From: a bacterium
Lineage (GTDB): Bacteria; JADJOY01
DNA: 64,000 bases
Reading direction: 5' to 3'
NCBI GenBank assembly: GCA_046331705.1
Contig: JAXLQJ010000016.1
Span: 62,001 to 126,000 of the forward strand
Positions 12,183-21,736 of the stretch are shown piece after piece. The notes beneath the pieces were generated by a model. That model saw only the letters and a program-made list of their open reading frames with translations. It did no database searches and was not told the origin of the DNA. The first letter of the stretch is position 1. Each line of letters opens with the position of its first letter. Both the position numbers and the translations under genes were made by a program.

Positions 12183-12962
12183 ATGAAGCTCGTGACGGTG
12201 GGCACGTCCTCGCACGTGCCCACCGCCACGCGCGACACCACGTCGCTGCTGATCCGGCCGGCGGCCGGATCGCCGGTGCTCGTCGAGGCGCCGGGCTCGG
12301 TGGTGCGAAAGCTCCGCGCGCAGGGCGTCGATCCGCGCCAGCTCGAGCACGTGATCCTGACCCACGATCACACCGATCACGTCTACGGCTTCCCGCACCT
12401 GGTGCACGCGCTCTGGCAGCACGCCGGCCGGCTCGAGGTCCACGCGCCGCCACGTACCGTGGAGACCGCGCGGCGATTGCTCGAGGTGCTCGGCCTGGGT
12501 GGCGACGACTACCCGGAGATCGTCTTTCACGCCGTCGAGCCGGGCGCACGGCCGCAGCTGCTGCTCGAGCATGCAGGGCTCGTGATCCAGGGTGTCGCGT
12601 CGGACCATCCCCGTCCCACGTTCGCGCTGCGCGTGGACGAGCCCGCCAGCGGGCACTCGTTCGTCCATTCCTCGGATACCCGGCCGTGTGCCGCCGTGAC
12701 GGACCTGGCGCGCGGAACGCACACCTTGCTCCACGATTGCGCCGTGCCCCACCGCTTCTTCGATCGGGTGGGGCGCTACCACAGCACGGCACGCGAGGCC
12801 GGCGAGGTGGCCACACGCGCGGACGTCGAGCGGCTGGTGCTGATGCACGTGCATTCCGTGCTGGGCTTCGCCGACGACGAGCTGGCCGCCGACGCGCGCG
12901 CCACCTTCGGCGGCGAGGTGGTCGTCCCCGAAGACGGCCAGACGCTCGCGTTCCCCCGCTGA
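12183..12962 (+). CDS. MBL-fold metallohydrolase, RNase Z-like
   Basis: VGTS, THDHTDH (HxHxDH), SSDTRP, YHST, LMH. Confidence 0.82.
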   Translation: MKLVTVGTSSHVPTATRDTTSLLIRPAAGSPVLVEAPGSVVRKLRAQGVDPRQLEHVILTHDHTDHVYGFPHLVHALWQHAGRLEVHAPPRTVETARRLLEVLGLGGDDYPEIVFHAVEPGARPQLLLEHAGLVIQGVASDHPRPTFALRVDEPASGHSFVHSSDTRPCAAVTDLARGTHTLLHDCAVPHRFFDRVGRYHSTAREAGEVATRADVERLVLMHVHSVLGFADDELAADARATFGGEVVVPEDGQTLAFPR

Positions 12963-13139
12963 AGCGCGTAGCCCCGCACGATCCCGGTGCCCCGCGCCGC
13001 CGCCCGTTCGTCCACGCGATCCGGGTGGGCGCTGCGCGGCCCGCCGCGCACGCCTCGGCGTCGAGCCGACTTCGTACGATTCACTAGTCGCGCAAGCGCC
13101 GGCTTCGCCGCGCGGAGGACTGCCGAGTGGGGCGAGCGA

Positions 13140-13448
13140 TCAGAGACAAGTGCTGGGACTCGTGACCACGACGTCGCTCAGCCGATTCGCGACGAACGCG
13201 AGCTCCACGACGATGTCCGTCTTGCAGACGGCGAAACCCTCCAGCGCGTAGTGGACGATCAACGTCACGGCCTCGTGGTCGGGCGGCTCGATGAGCGAGA
13301 CGTTCGCGTCGGATTCGCTTCGCCAGTCACGCAGGTCATCGCGCGCGGACCGACTTCCTCGTCGGCGTCCGCGGAGATCGCGCGATCCGCTCCGAGTCGC
13401 GCCGCCCGGGTCGGTGATTCCGACCGTCGTCCGCGACGATCGAAGCAC
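13140..13448 (-). pseudogene. Possible gene remnant or small hypothetical protein
   Basis: The last ~55 codons look protein-like with GC-ending codons; the 5' part is not convincing in this frame. Confidence 0.25.
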
Positions 13449-13601
13449 GGTCGGCAGTCGTACGGCCCCGCACCGCTCGAGATCGCTGGCTCCGGGCTCG
13501 GCGTTTCACGGTATCGCAGGCTCGGAACCGACGGTCTTTGCCGAGGCGTTTCCGCGCGCTCGTCGCAAGGCGCGAGGATCGAGGTCCTTGCGGCACGACC
13601 G

Positions 13602-14996
13602 TCAGTGCGCGGTGTCGAGGAGGGTGCCGGGGCGGGTTCCGAGCGGGATCTCGAGATCGCACACGAATCCCGTGGGCGGGAACGCCAGCGCGACGCCGCC
13701 GGCCAGCTCGTATTCCACGAAGTCGCGCACCAGCGCCAGGCCGATCCCCTCGCTGGGCGCCGCGGGGACGCGGGGTCCGCCCGATTCACGCCACGCGATC
13801 CGCAGCAGGTCGGGCGTGTCGAGCTTCCATTCGAGGCGGACGAGCCCCTCGTTGGCGGAGAGCGCGCCGTGCTTCACCGAGTTGGTGGTCAGCTCGTGGA
13901 GGGTGAGCGCGAGCGGCAGCGTGGCGAACGGCGGTAGATGCACCTCCGGGCCACCGACCTGGATGCGCGCGTCGCGAGCGAACGGCAGCAGCACCTCGAA
14001 GGCGAGCTCGTCGAAGTGGACACCCTGCCAGGCGCTGCGCGCCAGCGCCTCGTGGGCGCGCGCCATCATGCGGATGCGCGCGCCGAGGGTGTCGCGATAG
14101 ACCTCGACCGAGCTGGTGGACCGGCTGGTTTCCTCGGCCAGCGCCACCACCGTGGCCAGCGCGTTCTTCACACGGTGGTCGAGCTCGGCGGTGAGGCGCT
14201 TCTGCCGCTCTTCCACGACGCGACGCTCGGTGATGTCCGTGACCATGCCGAGCGTGCCGACGAATCGGCCGTGGGCGTCGGCGATCGGGTTGGTGCTCAC
14301 GATCGCGTAGAGCGCGGAGCCGTCGGCGCGGCGAAAGAGCACGTCGTGCTGCTGGCGAGCGCTGTCGCTGTGGGAGGCGAGATGCCTGCGCGCGGCGTTG
14401 CGCCAATCCTCGTCGATGAAATCCCACAGCGGCCGCGCGCGCGCCTCGTCCACGGACGAATCGAGCATGGCGGCCATCTTCTCGTTGATGAACGTGAAGC
14501 GTCCGTCGATGTCGATGATCCAGATCCCTTCGTTCGCGGTCTCCAGGATGCGGCGATAGCGCATCTCGCTTTCCGCGAGGGCGCGCGCGCTGCGTCGCGT
14601 CTCGGTCACGTCGATGCCGGTGCCGATCACCCACTCCACGGTGCCGGACGCATCCAGCACCGCGGTGTTCGACCACGAGATCCGCCTGCGCTCGCCGCTC
14701 TTGGTCAGCCAGTCGTTCTCGTGGGTGCTCGGGAAGCGACCCGCGCTGAGCTCGTCGAAGACCTCGCGCACGATCGCGGTCTCGTCGTCGGCGATCAGTC
14801 GATCCCAGAGCTTGGTGCCGAGGATCTCGTCGGCCGTGAAACCGGTGGCTCGCTCGCACGCTCGATTGAACCCCATCACGGTACCGGTGCGATCGAGCAC
14901 CACCACGAACGCCGCCACCACGTCGAGCAGCGCCTCGAGCAGCCGTGCATCACGGGAGGCCGCGATGGCGTTCGTGACGAGCTGGCGAGTGGGCAT
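13602..14996 (-). CDS. Soluble PAS-PAS HWE-family histidine kinase
   Basis: Two PAS/PAC domains; ELDHRVKN H-box, LHELTTNSVKHGALS, WRESGGP. Confidence 0.92.
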   Translation of the reverse strand: MPTRQLVTNAIAASRDARLLEALLDVVAAFVVVLDRTGTVMGFNRACERATGFTADEILGTKLWDRLIADDETAIVREVFDELSAGRFPSTHENDWLTKSGERRRISWSNTAVLDASGTVEWVIGTGIDVTETRRSARALAESEMRYRRILETANEGIWIIDIDGRFTFINEKMAAMLDSSVDEARARPLWDFIDEDWRNAARRHLASHSDSARQQHDVLFRRADGSALYAIVSTNPIADAHGRFVGTLGMVTDITERRVVEERQKRLTAELDHRVKNALATVVALAEETSRSTSSVEVYRDTLGARIRMMARAHEALARSAWQGVHFDELAFEVLLPFARDARIQVGGPEVHLPPFATLPLALTLHELTTNSVKHGALSANEGLVRLEWKLDTPDLLRIAWRESGGPRVPAAPSEGIGLALVRDFVEYELAGGVALAFPPTGFVCDLEIPLGTRPGTLLDTAH

Positions 14997-15576
14997 GGGG
15001 AGGTGGTTGCGCGGAGGTGCGAGCGTGCGGCCACGCCGAGAGCGGCCACGCGAGCGGCTGGTGCTGCTCACGTTCTCGACACCCGCAAGGCTACTCGCAA
15101 ACGGGGCACGCGTGCGACGCCGGCGCGGGCGGTCGATGGACCCGCCCGCGGATGGCCGCGCGGGACGGTGCGTCGCCGCGGGATCGGCACGGGGGCGTCA
15201 CGCGCCGAGCCGGGCGGGTCGCGGCCCTCGCGACGCCGCCCGAAGGCAACCAACGGCGGCACCGGATCTCGGGTAAAATGCTGAAATCACACGAAAAGAT
15301 TCTGGCGAGGTCACCGGATGTCAACTTGCGATGAAATCGTCGATGTTCGATCGCTGACCGGGAACGACTGATTCATGTTGGCATGGTTGCATCCATATTT
15401 CGTCGTGCGTGGACCTTTTCTTGTGCGATGTCGAGTGAAAATCGTGCAGTCTTCGAGATATCATGGGACACTGATGACGAAGTGCAATGGACAAGCGTGG
15501 TTTTGCTCGTTATCATGGGCTTCGTGATGAATCCCGGCCTGCGAAGGGCCGCGGTGACCTCGAAAGGATGCATCCC

Positions 15577-17304
15577 ATGGCCGAAATGCCGCCCCATACC
15601 GTGATGACCGGTGGTCAAATGGTCATCCGCTGTCTCGAGCGCGAAGGAATCGACTACGTCTTTGGCTATTCCGGTGGTGCAGCGATGCCCATCTTCGACG
15701 CACTCGTCGATTCCAAGATCAAGTTGATCCTGGTGCGTCACGAGCAAGGCGCCACTCACATGGCGGACGGCTACGCACGTTCCACCGGCCGCCCGGGCGT
15801 GGTGCTCGTCACGTCCGGCCCCGGAGCCACCAACTGCGTCACCGGGCTCCTGACCGCGTTGATGGACTCGGTGCCGATGGTCGTGCTCACCGGGCAGACC
15901 ATCACCAGCATGCTGGGCAAGGACGCCTTCCAGGAGGCGGACGTCACCGGCATCACGTATCCGGTGGTCAAGCACAGCTATCTGGTCAAGAACGCCAACG
16001 ACATCCCACGGGTCATGAAGGAGGCGTTCTACATCGCCATGACCGGGCGTCCGGGGCCGGTCCTCGTCGATCTGCCCAAGGACGTCACCCAGGGGCCGTG
16101 CAGCGCCAGCTTCGTCGACGAGGTGAAGCTGCCGGGCTACCACGTCCCCGGTCGCGTCGCGCCCGACCTGCTGGAGCGGGCGGCGGGCTACTTCGCGAAG
16201 TCGAAGAAGCCGCTGCTCTACGTCGGCCACGGCGCGGTGCTCTCGAACGCGGGTCCCGCGATCATGCGTCTCGCCGAGCGCTTGCAGGCGCCGATCGTGA
16301 ACACGTTGCTCGGCAAGGGCGCGTGCCCCGAGGATCACCCGCTTCACCTCGGCATGCTCGGGATGCACGGCACCGCGTACGCCAACAAGGCGGTGGGCGA
16401 TTGCGATCTGATCATGGCGATCGGCGCGCGCTGGGACGACCGCATCACCGGCAAGCTCAGCGAGTTCTGCAAGGACGCCGTCAAGATCCACGTCGACATC
16501 GATCGCGCCGAGTTCAACAAGGTCGTCCGGCCGCACCTCTCGCTCGCGGGAGACGCGCGGCTGGTGGTCGAGGACCTGATCCCGCTCGTCGGCCGGCTCG
16601 ACACCGAGGAATGGCTCGCGACGCTCGCCGAGTGGCGGAAGATCCATCCGCTCAAGTACCCGAAGAAAGGTGGGCTGCGCGCCCAGCAGGTGCTCGACCG
16701 CCTCGACCGCTTGGGCGGCCGAGAGGCGATCATCACCACCGACGTCGGCCAGCACCAGATGTGGGCGGCGCAGTTCTGCCGCACCACCAAGAACCGTCAC
16801 TGGCTGTCGTCGGGCGGCGCGGGAACGATGGGCTTCGGCTTCCCGGCGGCGGTCGGCGCTCAGCTCGCCAACCCGGGCAAGGCGGTGTGGGCGATCGTCG
16901 GTGACGGCGGCTTCCAGATGACCATGGCCGAGCTCGCCACGGCCCAGCTCAACAAGATCCCGGTCAAGGTGCTCATCATCAACAACCACTACCTGGGCAT
17001 GATCCGCCAGTGGCAGGAGCTCTTCTTCGACGGGCGGCTCTCGGGCGCGGACCTGGAGGGCAATCCCGACTTCGTGAAGATCGCCGCCGCCTACGACATT
17101 CCCGGCTGGCACATCCGTCGCGCCGCGGACGTGGACAAGGTCCTCAAGAAGGCGATGGCCTACAACGACGGGCCGTGCGTCGTGAACGCCGAGGTCGTGA
17201 AGGAGGACAACGTCTTCCCGATGATCCCGGCGGGTGCCTCGTACAAGGAGATGATCATCGAGCGGCCCAAGTACAAGCTCGAGAAGCCGCAGGGATCCAC
17301 GTGA
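15577..17304 (+). CDS. ilvB: Acetolactate synthase large subunit
   Basis: RHEQGATHMADGYAR, TSGPGATN, TDVGQHQMW, GDGGFQM ThDP motif. AAAGGA RBS; alternative starts at 15568 and 15604. Confidence 0.97.
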   Translation: MAEMPPHTVMTGGQMVIRCLEREGIDYVFGYSGGAAMPIFDALVDSKIKLILVRHEQGATHMADGYARSTGRPGVVLVTSGPGATNCVTGLLTALMDSVPMVVLTGQTITSMLGKDAFQEADVTGITYPVVKHSYLVKNANDIPRVMKEAFYIAMTGRPGPVLVDLPKDVTQGPCSASFVDEVKLPGYHVPGRVAPDLLERAAGYFAKSKKPLLYVGHGAVLSNAGPAIMRLAERLQAPIVNTLLGKGACPEDHPLHLGMLGMHGTAYANKAVGDCDLIMAIGARWDDRITGKLSEFCKDAVKIHVDIDRAEFNKVVRPHLSLAGDARLVVEDLIPLVGRLDTEEWLATLAEWRKIHPLKYPKKGGLRAQQVLDRLDRLGGREAIITTDVGQHQMWAAQFCRTTKNRHWLSSGGAGTMGFGFPAAVGAQLANPGKAVWAIVGDGGFQMTMAELATAQLNKIPVKVLIINNHYLGMIRQWQELFFDGRLSGADLEGNPDFVKIAAAYDIPGWHIRRAADVDKVLKKAMAYNDGPCVVNAEVVKEDNVFPMIPAGASYKEMIIERPKYKLEKPQGST

Positions 17305-17423
17305 CGCGTGGGCTCGGGACGCGAGCGCGCGCCCCCGGCATCGATTCGACGAGCTTGGCGAACGCTGTACGCGCCGGCGATCGCGCCCCGCGCCGTCGGC
17401 ACTGAACGGAAAGGATCCGAGAC

Positions 17424-17993
17424 ATGGCCACCACCGCTATTGCTTCCACGGCACCCGCCGCGATGCTGCCCGCGCCGCCGGCCCAGCTCCACACGATCAG
17501 CTTGCTGGTCGCGAACAAGCCCGGCGTCCTGGTGCGCGTGGCGCTGGTGTTCGCGCGGCGCGGCTACAACATCGAGTCGCTGGTGGTGTCGCCGGCGCTC
17601 TCGGTCGTCGGCGTGGAAAGCACCGCGGGCCAGTTCTCGCGCATGACGATCACCTGCTCCGGCGACGTCGAGACGCTGGAACAGATCATCAAACAGCTCG
17701 AGAAGCTGATCGACGTCGTCCACGCCATCGATCACACCGGCCAGGCCGTGATCGAGACCGAGGTCGCGCTGGTGAAGGTCAAGGTGCCGATCGAAGCGCG
17801 CACCACCGTGCTCCAGATCGCCGAGCACTACCGCGGGCGAATCGTCGACTACGGCACCGACTCGATCATCGTGCGGGTGGTCGGCGACAGCGCCAAGCTC
17901 GACGCCTTCATCAACCTGGTGATGCCGTTCGGCATCATCGAGCTGGTGCGCTCGGGCAAGATCATCATGAGCCGCGGCCTCGAAGAGACCTGA
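17424..17993 (+). CDS. ilvN: Acetolactate synthase small (regulatory ACT) subunit
   Basis: HTISLLVANKPGVLVRV..VFARRGYNIESL, QIIKQLEKLIDV, ELVRSG; follows ilvB. Confidence 0.95.
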   Translation: MATTAIASTAPAAMLPAPPAQLHTISLLVANKPGVLVRVALVFARRGYNIESLVVSPALSVVGVESTAGQFSRMTITCSGDVETLEQIIKQLEKLIDVVHAIDHTGQAVIETEVALVKVKVPIEARTTVLQIAEHYRGRIVDYGTDSIIVRVVGDSAKLDAFINLVMPFGIIELVRSGKIIMSRGLEET

Positions 17994-18072
17994 TTCGCGG
18001 GTCCGCGCGAGCTGGGTGCGACGTCGCGCGTGATCGTTGGAGCGCGCGACGCATTCGCGCGCCGCACGCGAA
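17994..18072. terminator. Long imperfect inverted repeat between convergent genes
   Basis: Nested pairs TTCGCG/CGCGAA, GCGCGA/TCGCGC and GTCGCGCG/CGCGCGAC. Confidence 0.35.
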
Positions 18073-18110
18073 GCCGGCTTGGTCAGCGTGGTCTGGGGCT
18101 GCAGCCGAGC

Positions 18111-18443
18111 TCAGGCGCTCGGCGTGTCCGAGGTGGCGCAAGCGCCACCGCCGCCCCCGGTGGGGTCCGACGCGCCGCAGTTGGGGCACGAGCCGTCCTC
18201 GCTCACCGGCAGCGGGGCCGGGCCTTGCTGCTGGGTGAACCGCACGTTGCCCATGGCTTTCAGGTCGTTCAAGACCTCGGCCTGGGATCGGCTCACCGAC
18301 GCGCGGAACGTGCTCAGCACGCGGTCGGTCTTGCGGCTCCCGCAGTGCTTGCACTTGACGCCGAACCAATGGAATTGGTCGATCTTCTCGAGATATCCCG
18401 AGGTGGAACCACACTTCCGGCAGCGGTACTCGTAGAGCGGCAC
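18111..18443 (-). CDS. FmdB-family zinc-ribbon protein
   Basis: (M)PLYEYRCRKCG...CKHCGS..T.RVLS; GAGGAG RBS before GTG. Confidence 0.85.
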   Translation of the reverse strand: MPLYEYRCRKCGSTSGYLEKIDQFHWFGVKCKHCGSRKTDRVLSTFRASVSRSQAEVLNDLKAMGNVRFTQQQGPAPLPVSEDGSCPNCGASDPTGGGGGACATSDTPSA

Positions 18444-18544
18444 GGCACTCTCCTCGCAGGGATGTCGCAATCGCGAAGGACGATCGAGTATATCGGCGCG
18501 GGTCCGCGAGCCACAAGCCGACCCTCCTCGAATCTCTCGCAAAA

Positions 18545-19030
18545 ATGGGCCGTTTCGACGATCTCGACATCGACGCGATGGTGCTCGACGACCTCGACGA
18601 GGTGCTGGTCGTGGAGGCGCGCGCGCTCAAGGGCGCCTGGTCGCGGGTCCATTTCGTGGAGGAGCTCGAGAGCCCGCTCGGCGCTTGCTACGTCGCGCGG
18701 GGCCCCGAGCGGCGCGGCTCGCCGGTGCTGGGCTTCGCGGTGGTGCGGGTGGTGGGCGACGAATGCGAGGTGCTCACCATCGCGGTGGACCCGCGTTTCC
18801 GGCGGCGCGGCGTGGGTCGCGCGCTCCTCGAGCGCGCCCTCGCCGACGCCGCGCGCCGCGGCGCTCGCAAGGCGCATCTCGAGGTGCGCGCCAGCAACCA
18901 TGCGGCGCGCGGGCTCTACCTGCTGCTCGGCTTCAGCGAGCGTGGTCTACGCCCGCGCTACTACGCCCATCCGGTCGAAGACGCGCTGCTGATGACGGCG
19001 GACCTGGCGGCGCACAGCCCTGCTCCGTGA
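18545..19030 (+). CDS. rimI: Ribosomal protein S18-alanine N-acetyltransferase
   Basis: AWS...F.EEL, LTIAVDP..RRRGVG, LEVRASN..A..LY...GF...G.R..YY..P.EDA. Confidence 0.9.
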   Translation: MGRFDDLDIDAMVLDDLDEVLVVEARALKGAWSRVHFVEELESPLGACYVARGPERRGSPVLGFAVVRVVGDECEVLTIAVDPRFRRRGVGRALLERALADAARRGARKAHLEVRASNHAARGLYLLLGFSERGLRPRYYAHPVEDALLMTADLAAHSPAP

Positions 19031-19751
19031 AGTCGGGGGGCGCGGCCAGGGTCGCCGCGAGCCACGAGCGCAGCGGATCCCGTGCGCGTCTCAGGAACTC
19101 GGCGACGTCCGCGTCGGCGCTCGCCGCGGCCTCCATCCAGGGTGCGTCCAGGTCGATGCGGCCGCTCGCGTTGCCGAGCCCCGGCACCTTGGTGGAGAGG
19201 CGATGCACGCGCGCGCCTTCCGCCCACGGGTCGCTCGGGTCGTCGGTGGGCAGCCAGCCCGGTGCGTCGGTCCAGGCCTCGATGAACGTCATCTCGCCGG
19301 CATCGTTGAAGGTGAATTCCTCGTAGATGGGGCAGGGCAGCCCGCTGTAGTCGAACACCACGCGGCAGCGACCGAACGGCTGCTCGGGGAAGAAGCGGCA
19401 ATCCCGAGCGGCGATGTCGGTGGGGAAGAGCTTCAACAGCACGTCCGTCACGATCATGTTCTTCTCGGTGAAGCCCGTGAGCAGCAGCCAGGGCGGCCAC
19501 TCCCAGCGCGCCACCAGCTCGGAATAATCGGGCTGGACGAACGGGCTCACCGACGAGTCGAGGGTGTCGAAGTAGATGCTGCTCTGCTCGATGTAGTGGT
19601 CGGGTGCCTGGGTGGCCACGAGGCAGGTGGAGAGCGCGCTCGCGCCGCCGTCGGCACGGCATTCGCGGGCGTCGCCGCCCGACTCGCCGCCGCAGCGCGA
19701 GGCCAGCAGCAACGCCACCAGCGTGGCGGACGCGAGCGCGTGGGATCGCAT
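18933..19751 (-). CDS. Hypothetical lipoprotein
   Basis: Hydrophobic signal followed by LASRC-GG; globular Trp/Cys-rich core (ARWEWPPWLLLTG, CPIYEEFTFN); GC-ending codons. Confidence 0.65.
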   Translation of the reverse strand: MRSHALASATLVALLLASRCGGESGGDARECRADGGASALSTCLVATQAPDHYIEQSSIYFDTLDSSVSPFVQPDYSELVARWEWPPWLLLTGFTEKNMIVTDVLLKLFPTDIAARDCRFFPEQPFGRCRVVFDYSGLPCPIYEEFTFNDAGEMTFIEAWTDAPGWLPTDDPSDPWAEGARVHRLSTKVPGLGNASGRIDLDAPWMEAAASADADVAEFLRRARDPLRSWLAATLAAPPDFTEQGCAPPGPPSSAARLRPDGRSSAGVDHAR

Positions 19752-19835
19752 GGCGACCCCGACGGTAGCGAACCACGCGCACGGCGACAATCCGCGCAGC
19801 GTCCGCGCAAGGTCTGCGGAGCCGCCGCGTCGGCG

Positions 19836-21479
19836 TCAGTCGAGCGCCAGCGCCTCCGCCACGACGCGACCGATCTCGGTCTCGTGGTGAAGGCCCGCGA
19901 AGCGGCGCGTCCAGGCCGGTGGCCCGGCGGCGATGGCCAGAACCAGGGTCGAGGTGTGGGTGCCCGTCCCCCACACGATCCCCTGCTGGCGCGCGATGGC
20001 GCGGCCGAGCAGCGCCGCGCGAGCGCGCGGCGGATCGACGTAGAACTCCTTGAAGTCGCGGACTCGGGGGAACGTCTGCTCGTCGAGGTAGCGGTGCCCC
20101 GGCACGTAGCTGGTGTTGGGCTCGGTGGCGAGGACCGTCGCCGCGTCCTGGATCGTGATGGGGAAGCGCGAGAGCGCGTTGAAGCGTTCCCGCAACGTTG
20201 CCGGCGTGCGTTCGCTCTCCGGGAGCGTGTCGAACTCGTCCAGCAGCTCGCCGAAGCTCTGGCGCTGCTCGTGGAGCTGGTCGAGCACGGCGGGGTCGCC
20301 GAAGTTGAACTCGCTCTGGAACGTCTTGCCACCGAGGGTGGCGCCGGCGAGTGCCAGGCCGCCGGGGATCTGCCAGCGCGAGTAGCTGAACCCGAACGAG
20401 CCGGTCTCGTGATCCGCGGTGACCACCAGCAACGTCTCCGGGTGCTCGTCCATCCAGGCGCGGATCGCGCCCAAGGTCTCGTCGAAGTCGAGCATCTCCT
20501 GGAGCAGGTCGCCGGCGTCGTTGTCGTGGCCCGCCCAATCGATCTGGCCGCCCGCTTCCACCATCAGGAAGAAGCCCTTGGACGAGCTTGCGAGCCGCTC
20601 GAGCGCGGCGCGCGTCATCTCCACCATGGTCGGCACGCTTCGGCCCGGCTCGGCGCGGGCGCGGCGCATCGCGAGCGCGTCGGGCATGGCGCCGGACGCG
20701 AAGAGCCCGAGGAGCCGCGCTCCCCGCGCACCCGCGAGCCCGTCGCCGTCGAAGACCACCGCGTAGCCGAGATCCCGCGCCTGCGCGACGAGATCGCGCT
20801 CGTCGGCGCGCCGCGACTCGAGCCGGAAGGACGCCGGCAGCCGCGCGCGCCACGCCTCGCGCACCGCCGAGCCTGGCTCGTTCACCTGCGCGGGAAGGAA
20901 GCTCCTGAGCCCACCGGAGAGCATCACGTCCGGCGCCGCGGCGAGCAGATCCTCGGCGATCTCGGGCTCCTGGTAGCGATAGGGTCGGTGCGCCGCGAAC
21001 GCTGCGGGGGTCGCGTCGGTGATGCGCACGTTGGACACGAGCCCGGTCGCGTAGCCGGCGCGCTTCGCCTTCTCGAGGACGGTCTCGGCGCGATTGCCGC
21101 TGGCGTCGACGCCGATCATGCCGGGCCGCGACGGGAGCGCGGTGGCGATCTGGGTCGCCGATCCCGCCGAGTCGTTGACCAGCCCATCGGCGGGCTCGGT
21201 GCTCGACAAGCCCACCTGGCCCTCGTTCATGAGCGCGTCGAGGTGCAGGCGCCGATCCGGCACCACGGAATGGGGCGCGTGCCGTGCGTAGAGGTTCGCG
21301 AGGGCGATCTGCTGCGGCCCCATGCCGTCGCCGATCACCAGGATCACGTTGCGGACGCGGTTGGCCGCCGGGTCGTCGCGTAGCACCGCTTGCGAGCGGC
21401 ACCCGAGCGAGAGGCGTGCGAGCCAAGCCGCACCGGCCAGCAGCGAGAGGATCTTCCACACGGACGATGGCTTGCGCAT
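19836..21479 (-). CDS. phoA: Alkaline phosphatase, PhoA family, probably exported/lipoprotein
   Basis: IGDGMG, DSAGSAT (catalytic Ser), DATPAAF, IDWAGH, TADHETG, GTHT. Confidence 0.92.
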   Translation of the reverse strand: MRKPSSVWKILSLLAGAAWLARLSLGCRSQAVLRDDPAANRVRNVILVIGDGMGPQQIALANLYARHAPHSVVPDRRLHLDALMNEGQVGLSSTEPADGLVNDSAGSATQIATALPSRPGMIGVDASGNRAETVLEKAKRAGYATGLVSNVRITDATPAAFAAHRPYRYQEPEIAEDLLAAAPDVMLSGGLRSFLPAQVNEPGSAVREAWRARLPASFRLESRRADERDLVAQARDLGYAVVFDGDGLAGARGARLLGLFASGAMPDALAMRRARAEPGRSVPTMVEMTRAALERLASSSKGFFLMVEAGGQIDWAGHDNDAGDLLQEMLDFDETLGAIRAWMDEHPETLLVVTADHETGSFGFSYSRWQIPGGLALAGATLGGKTFQSEFNFGDPAVLDQLHEQRQSFGELLDEFDTLPESERTPATLRERFNALSRFPITIQDAATVLATEPNTSYVPGHRYLDEQTFPRVRDFKEFYVDPPRARAALLGRAIARQQGIVWGTGTHTSTLVLAIAAGPPAWTRRFAGLHHETEIGRVVAEALALD

Positions 21480-21633
21480 GTCGATTCGGCGGCGGCGTCG
21501 AGGGCAGGCGGACGGGGTGCGAACGGACTCTCGCGGCGCGGCACCTGAACGATGCCCGCCACGAATGGCGGCTCGTGGGCGGCCGTGTGTCGGGGCGGTG
21601 GCCAGGTGCGGACGGAACCGTTTCGTTCCGCGC

Positions 21634-21678
21634 CCGCCACGCGCGTGTCATCGAAAGTTCGCCGAGCCTGACTAGCGT
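21634..21678 (+). promoter_or_regulatory. Candidate Pho box and -10 element for the phosphonate operon
   Basis: CCGCCAC-N4-GTGTCAT-N4-AGTTCGC (11-bp period), then 10 nt, then TAGCGT. Confidence 0.5.
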
Positions 21679-21736
21679 CCTTCCCTCGAGGATCGGCGGC
21701 GGTCGAGCCCACGCCGCTGCGGGGGAGGTCGAGTCG

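Noticed and set aside
21587-21604. Minus-strand Pho-like pair TGGCCAC-N4-CCGACAC upstream of phoA
   Set aside because: Both half-sites miss the GTCA core, which is plausible by chance in GC-rich DNA.
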